From positions 2,831 through 66,830 of the forward strand of contig CAYPGK010000004.1 in NCBI GenBank assembly GCA_964410055.1: a stretch of DNA of 64,000 nucleotides, in the 5' to 3' direction. Both the position numbers and the translations under genes were made by a program. Origin of the DNA: an uncultured Gemmatimonadaceae bacterium (lineage in GTDB: Bacteria; Gemmatimonadota; Gemmatimonadetes; Longimicrobiales; RSA9). Shown piece after piece: positions 59,420 to 64,000 of the stretch (within the stretch, counting starts at the first letter, position 1; every line of letters begins with the position of its first letter). The notes under the pieces are model-generated. The model had not been told where the DNA came from and did not search any database. It saw only the letters and a list, made by a program, of their open reading frames with translations.

Positions 59420-60441
59420 GCCGCCCCTCCCCCCGCGCCCACCGTGCGACGCGGCTTCCGCCCGTACTCCTCGTACCTCAGCCCCCAGAGCGCCGAGAGC
59501 GCACCCGCGCCCCGGAGCACCCGGCACACCGCATCCACCACGCCGGCACGCCCTCGCAGCGCGAGCAGCGGGAGCAGCACCACGCCCTGCCCGATCCGGC
59601 CGACCGCCTTGGCGATGCGGACCGGCACCCACGCGCGGTCGGGCCGCACCGCGCGCTCACACCACACCATCGAGTTGCCTTCCCGGAAATGCCGCTGGAA
59701 CAGCCAGCGCGCCGTCGCCCGCTGGCGCGGCACCGCGTCCTCGACCACGGCACGGTCCGCCCACACCATCCGCGCGCCGCACTGCCGCGCCCGCATGAAG
59801 AAGTGGGTGTCCTCTCCGCCCGTGAGCGAGAACCGCTCGTCGAACACGCCGCCGGGTGCGCACAGCAGCCGCGCCGCGATGAGCACGTTGTTCGTCGCCG
59901 CGAAATCGACCGCCGTGCCCGTTGCGTGCCGGGGATGCTCGAAGAACCGGCCTCGCTCGACCCAGCGCGGCGTCCCCGGCGCGTACCGCGGAAGCACCGG
60001 CCCGGCAACGATCTCCGCACCGTAGCGCGCCTGCACCGCGAGCAGCTCATCCAGCCACCGCTCCGCAACGACCTCGTCGTCGTCCACGAAGGCGATGAAG
60101 TCCACGTCCCGCTCCAGTGCCACCGAGACCGCACGGTTGCGCGCGTGCGATATCCCCTGCACCGCCTCGACCACGTACGTCACCGGCCACCGCAGTGTGG
60201 GACGCGCGCGCTCGACGACGTCGAGCGCAGACCCGCTCGCGTCGTTGTCGACGACGACGACCAGCACCTCCGGCGTCCGGCCCCGGTCGAACGCCAGCCG
60301 ACCGAGGCTCTCGAGCAGCCCCGCGAGCTGCGTGGGCCGCCGAAACGTCGCGACGCACACGGCCACGCGAGGCCAATGCCGCTCCCGCAGCTCTCGGAGC
60401 TCTCCCCGCTCCCAGCCCGTCCGGCCCTCGTCCACGCTCAC
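59416..60441 (-). CDS. glycosyltransferase family 2
   Basis: 341 aa; VAVCVATFRRP, VVVVDNDASGS and FVDDDE. GTG start overlaps the WbaP-like stop (GTGA). Confidence 0.85.
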   Translation of the reverse strand: MSVDEGRTGWERGELRELRERHWPRVAVCVATFRRPTQLAGLLESLGRLAFDRGRTPEVLVVVVDNDASGSALDVVERARPTLRWPVTYVVEAVQGISHARNRAVSVALERDVDFIAFVDDDEVVAERWLDELLAVQARYGAEIVAGPVLPRYAPGTPRWVERGRFFEHPRHATGTAVDFAATNNVLIAARLLCAPGGVFDERFSLTGGEDTHFFMRARQCGARMVWADRAVVEDAVPRQRATARWLFQRHFREGNSMVWCERAVRPDRAWVPVRIAKAVGRIGQGVVLLPLLALRGRAGVVDAVCRVLRGAGALSALWGLRYEEYGRKPRRTVGAGGGAA

Positions 60442-61856
60442 ACCGCACCGTCCCGCCGCAAGACCGCCGGGATCGTCTTCAGCAGGATCTCGAGGTCCAG
60501 CCGGAGCGACCAGCGGCGGATGTACTCGCGGTCCAGGCTCACGACCGTCTCGAAGTCACGCACGTCGCTGCGCCCGCTGATCTGCCACAATCCCGTGATC
60601 CCCGGCAGCACCGTGAGCCGCTCCATGTGATGCGGCTCGTAATGGACCACGTCCCCCGGGAAGAAGGGCCTCGGCCCGACGAGGGACATCTCGCCCCGGA
60701 TCACGTTCAGGAGCTGCGGCAGTTCGTCCAGGCTCGTGCGACGCAGCCACCGGCCGAACCTCGTGACCCGCGGGTCGTATGCGATCTTGAACAGCCGCGG
60801 ATCCCCGCTCTCGTTGAGTGCGGCCAGCGCCGGCTTGAGCTGCTCCGCCTCCGGGATCATCGTCCGGAACTTCCACATCCGGAACGGCCGCCCGCCCACC
60901 CCGACGCGGAGCTGGCCGAACAGGACGGGTCCCGGCGAATCCAGGCGGATCGCCACCGCGATGAAAACCAGCAGCGGCGCGACGAGCAGCAACGCGGCGG
61001 CGGAGATCGTCACGTCCAGTGCCCGCTTGATCGCCATGCGCGGGAGCCCGATCCGCGTCGGGCGCCACTCGACCACCGGCTCGCCGTGCTCGACACGCAC
61101 TCGGGCGCCGAGATCCGCCCACCCCGGCACGGACCACGCCTCCACCCGCGCACCGCGCAGGAACGCCGCCCGGGCGAGCGCATCCAGCGACCCGCCCGGA
61201 GCCGATCCGACGACGATCACCCTGTCGACCGGCTCCCGGTCGAGGAGCTCGCCCAGCGCCTCCAACCACCGATCCCGTCCCTCCTCGCCCGCCGCACCGA
61301 CGACGCCATGCACGACCAGCCCGTGGTCCGCCGCACGCGCCCGGGCGCGCTCGATCTCGGCCGCCTCTCCGACGAGCACGACTCGCCGGCGCCACCCCCA
61401 GCGGTGGCGCGCCAGGCGCTCGACCGTCTCGCCGAGGAGGCGCGCCTCGAGCACGGCCGCAATTCCGGCGCCCGTCAGGAAGAGCGCTTGTGTCCACGGC
61501 GCCGATCGCCCGAGCGCCTGCAGCAATACCACAAACCCGGCACCGCCCAGGCAGACGGCGACCGCGATCCGGCGCGGGCTCCGCCGGCCATCCCCAGCGC
61601 GGTAGCCGCCGCACGCCGCGATGCTCAACACCACCGCGTATGCGAACGGGCCGAGCACGGCCGGGTCCGGCGACAGGCGCGGGAGCAGACCGAGCCGCGC
61701 CACCCAGACCGTCGCCACGACCGCGACCGTCAGCGCGACCACGTCCAACGACATAAGCATCGCGCACCTTGCGACGTCGCTCGCCACCGCACGCAGCGTG
61801 AGGTAGAACGCGGCATCAGCGCCGTGCCGGATGTCCGCCGATCCGATCCCCATCAC
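60438..61856 (-). CDS. exopolysaccharide polyprenyl-phosphate glycosyl-1-phosphate transferase (WbaP/priming sugar transferase family)
   Basis: 472 aa with N-terminal TM helices and a central Rossmann-like region. The C-terminal bacterial sugar transferase domain has RMAIKRALD..., FRMWKFRTM, DELPQLLNVIRGEMSLVGPRP and ITGLWQISGRS. Confidence 0.92.
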   Translation of the reverse strand: MMGIGSADIRHGADAAFYLTLRAVASDVARCAMLMSLDVVALTVAVVATVWVARLGLLPRLSPDPAVLGPFAYAVVLSIAACGGYRAGDGRRSPRRIAVAVCLGGAGFVVLLQALGRSAPWTQALFLTGAGIAAVLEARLLGETVERLARHRWGWRRRVVLVGEAAEIERARARAADHGLVVHGVVGAAGEEGRDRWLEALGELLDREPVDRVIVVGSAPGGSLDALARAAFLRGARVEAWSVPGWADLGARVRVEHGEPVVEWRPTRIGLPRMAIKRALDVTISAAALLLVAPLLVFIAVAIRLDSPGPVLFGQLRVGVGGRPFRMWKFRTMIPEAEQLKPALAALNESGDPRLFKIAYDPRVTRFGRWLRRTSLDELPQLLNVIRGEMSLVGPRPFFPGDVVHYEPHHMERLTVLPGITGLWQISGRSDVRDFETVVSLDREYIRRWSLRLDLEILLKTIPAVLRRDGAV

Positions 61857-61958
61857 ACCCGCTCACCTGGCACGTCTCACGGGCCGGCGCGCGACAGGCG
61901 CCGGCCCGCGTGCCCAACGGGACAATCCGTGCCGATGTCTCACACCCGGGCTTCTCCC

Positions 61959-61996
61959 GAAAACGACGTGGGGCGGCAACCCCGTTGCCGCCCCAC
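61959..61996 (-). terminator. intrinsic terminator downstream of dnaJ
   Basis: Perfect 13-bp stem GTGGGGCGGCAAC / GTTGCCGCCCCAC (61968-61996) with a 3-nt loop. On the minus strand it is followed by GTCGTTTTC. Confidence 0.7.
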
Positions 61997-62057
61997 TTTC
62001 CGACCCATTCGGATCGACAAGTTCTATGCCACGTGACGACGCGTAGTCGTCCCCGGA

Positions 62058-63206
62058 TTACGCAGTGAACGCCTCCCGGATCCGGCTCCAGATCCCTCGC
62101 TCTCGCTCCGCACCCGCCCCGGTCGGCGGCGGATCCTCGATCTCCGCAAGCCGCCTCAGCAGCTCCGTCTGCTCCGGCGATAGCTCCGTCGGCACCCAGA
62201 CGTGCACCCGGACGATCAGGTCGCCGCGACCGCCGCCCCGGAGATGCGGCAGGCCCTTCCCCTTGAGCCGAAGCAGCCGGCCCGGCTGTGTGCCCGCCGG
62301 GATCGACACCCGCGCCGTCCCCTCGACCGTCGGGATCTCGACCTCCGCGCCCAGCGCCGCTTGCGTGAACGTGACCGGGAATTCGTGGATCAGGTCCGCG
62401 CCTTCACGGATGAAGCGCGGGTCTTCCTCCACCTCGAGCACGACGATGATGTCGCCGCGAGGCGCGCCGCGTACGCCGCTGTTGCCCTGACCCCGCAGCG
62501 TGATGTAGTCGCCGGACGACACACCCGGCGGGACCTCGACCTGGACCTCACGCTCGGCGCGCATCACGCCCTCGCCGTCGCACCGATCGCACAGATCCAC
62601 GATCTCGGTCCCCTCGCCACGGCACGTGGGGCACGTCGTCACGCTCACGATCTGGCCGAGCAGCGAGCGCTGGACGCGCCGGACCTCGCCACCGCCGCCG
62701 CACGTGCTGCACGTGCGCGGAGCCGCGCCGCCCGCCGAGCCCGTGCCCGAGCACGCATCGCACGGATCGAGCACCTTGACCCGCAGCGTCTTCTTCGTGC
62801 CCGACGCCACATCGGCGAGGGTGAGCGGCAGCCGGAGCTGCATGTCCGGCCCCTTCCGGCGCGCGCCACGGCTCCGGTGGCCGCCCCCGAACAGATCGTC
62901 CAGGCCGAAGCCGCCGAAGTCGCGCATGAAGATGTTCAGCGCCTCGGCGAAGTCGAAGCCGCTGAAGCCCGCGCCCCCTGCCGCGCCGCCCACGCCCGCG
63001 TGGCCGTACCGGTCGTAGGCGGCCCGCTTCTGCGGGTCGCGCAGGACCTCGTACGCCTCGGTCGCTTCCTTGAACTTCTCCTCGGCTTCCTTCGACCCGC
63101 CGTTCCGGTCCGGATGGTACTTCAGCGCTAGCTTGCGGTACGCCTTCTTGATCGCGTCCGCGTCCGCATCCCGCGCTACGCCGAGGACCTCATAGTAGTC
63201 GCGCAT
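62058..63206 (-). CDS. dnaJ: molecular chaperone DnaJ
   Basis: J-domain YYEVLGV...KYHPDRN, a G/F region and four CxxCxGxG zinc motifs ([32 protein letters not shown]). Confidence 0.97.
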   Translation of the reverse strand: MRDYYEVLGVARDADADAIKKAYRKLALKYHPDRNGGSKEAEEKFKEATEAYEVLRDPQKRAAYDRYGHAGVGGAAGGAGFSGFDFAEALNIFMRDFGGFGLDDLFGGGHRSRGARRKGPDMQLRLPLTLADVASGTKKTLRVKVLDPCDACSGTGSAGGAAPRTCSTCGGGGEVRRVQRSLLGQIVSVTTCPTCRGEGTEIVDLCDRCDGEGVMRAEREVQVEVPPGVSSGDYITLRGQGNSGVRGAPRGDIIVVLEVEEDPRFIREGADLIHEFPVTFTQAALGAEVEIPTVEGTARVSIPAGTQPGRLLRLKGKGLPHLRGGGRGDLIVRVHVWVPTELSPEQTELLRRLAEIEDPPPTGAGAERERGIWSRIREAFTA

Positions 63207-63282
63207 TCCACTCCAATACGGCGAAGGCGGAGGCCATCCTGTCGGGTGGCCATCCGCCGGGTGAACGTCCGACCGCTCGCCT

Positions 63283-64000
63283 TCAGGACTCGCGCCCGGG
63301 GCCCCGAGGCCCGGACGCGTCGAACGAACCGGGATCGCTCAGGAATTGTGTGAGCAGCGAACTGGCCGAATCCACGATCGTGACCACCTTCTCGTACGGC
63401 ATCCGTGTCGGCCCGATCACGCCGAGCACGCCCGTCAGGTTGCCGACCCTGTACTCCGACGTGATCAACGTGAAAGTGCTCAGCTCCGGATGCTCGTGCT
63501 CTTCGCCGATCGTGATCTTCAGCGTCGAATCGTGCTCGCGCATGACCAGCACGTCGCTCAGGAGATCGCGCCGCTCGGTCAGCTCGATCAGGTTCTTCAG
63601 ACTCTCCCCCGAGGCGAACTCCGGCTGATTCGCCAGCACGCTGGTCCGGCCCAGGTGCACGTCCTCGCCTGTCAGCTCCGTTCCGTCGAAGAGATCTTCG
63701 GCCGACTGGAGGAAGATGTTGAGCAGCTCGGTCGTCGCCTCATCGTCCGAAGGCGCCGCATCCCTAAGCCGCTCCGGCAGCGTGCGCCGGATCTCGCTCA
63801 GCGTCCGACCCGCGAGCCGCTCGTTCAGCACCAGCGCCACCGGGACCAGCGTGTCCGTCGGCACCGACATCGGCAGGTCCACGTAAACCGTCCGAACGAC
63901 GCCGCTCCGCAGCGCCAGGACCATCAGCACCTTGTCGCTCGAGACCGCGATCAGCTCGAGCTTCTCCAGCACCGACTCACTCAGCCGCGGCGCCGAGGCC
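63283..64000 (-). CDS. hrcA: heat-inducible transcription repressor HrcA (N-terminus beyond window edge)
   Basis: The frame is open to the window end. The C-terminal part has the HrcA layout (...[19 protein letters not shown]...). Confidence 0.85.
   Translation of the reverse strand, partial: ASAPRLSESVLEKLELIAVSSDKVLMVLALRSGVVRTVYVDLPMSVPTDTLVPVALVLNERLAGRTLSEIRRTLPERLRDAAPSDDEATTELLNIFLQSAEDLFDGTELTGEDVHLGRTSVLANQPEFASGESLKNLIELTERRDLLSDVLVMREHDSTLKITIGEEHEHPELSTFTLITSEYRVGNLTGVLGVIGPTRMPYEKVVTIVDSASSLLTQFLSDPGSFDASGPRGPGRES

Noticed and set aside
61857-62057. Possible sigma54 promoter (GGCACG...TTGGGCA) or c-di-GMP riboswitch in the EPS operon leader
   Set aside because: Spacing and the -12 element do not fit TGGCAC-N5-TTGCA. 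I cannot recognise the conserved GEMM/c-di-GMP riboswitch core by eye. This needs a covariance-model scan.
63207-63282. CIRCE operator between hrcA and dnaJ
   Set aside because: No TTAGCACTC / GAGTGCTAA half-sites are present in the spacer.

Overview
Very GC-rich bacterial chromosomal window. Third codon positions are almost all G/C, and the supplied track is full of Arg/Pro/Ala-rich shadow ORFs antisense to real genes. The envelope is Gram-negative type (Wza/Wzc, an outer-membrane beta-barrel ending in Phe). My guess is a Gemmatimonadota-like lineage, which I cannot verify. All protein calls rest on motifs I recognise by eye, since no database search was possible.

Positions 1-33.5 kb are almost entirely minus-strand housekeeping and catabolic genes:
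- nnr (partial), GH15 hydrolase, lon, glyA.
- A Leu/fatty-acid catabolic block: ldh, acyl-CoA dehydrogenase, hbd, CPBP protease, bioY, thiolase.
- A rex-arcA-exonuclease-MBL operon preceded by a perfect Rex operator.
- An orphan sensor kinase, an MFS transporter and rsmA.
- An RsbU/RsbW/RsbV-type partner-switching module with no sigma factor.
- pta-coaD-rsmD-recJ, a COG1579 zinc-ribbon protein, dnaG, mutS2, yqeY, a HIT protein and prmA.

Positions 33.6-61.9 kb form a roughly 28 kb Wzx/Wzy-type exopolysaccharide locus:
- Methyltransferase, deacetylase, Wza-like and Wzc BY-kinase, beta-helix enzyme, Wzi-like beta-barrel.
- 3 GT4 and 5 GT2 glycosyltransferases, two flippases, a Wzy-like polymerase and a WbaP-like priming transferase.
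- Thirteen of these genes form one minus-strand operon stitched together mostly by GTGA stop/start overlaps.

Two kinase-like genes inside that operon are the most unusual content:
- A methyltransferase-like + APH-kinase protein with WbdD-like architecture.
- A 1109-aa ORF with nucleotidyltransferase-like, NDK-like and protein-kinase-like modules, a TM/lipobox segment and a beta-propeller-phytase-like domain.

The window ends with dnaJ and a partial hrcA. I found no rRNA, tRNA, CRISPR, transposase or integrase.
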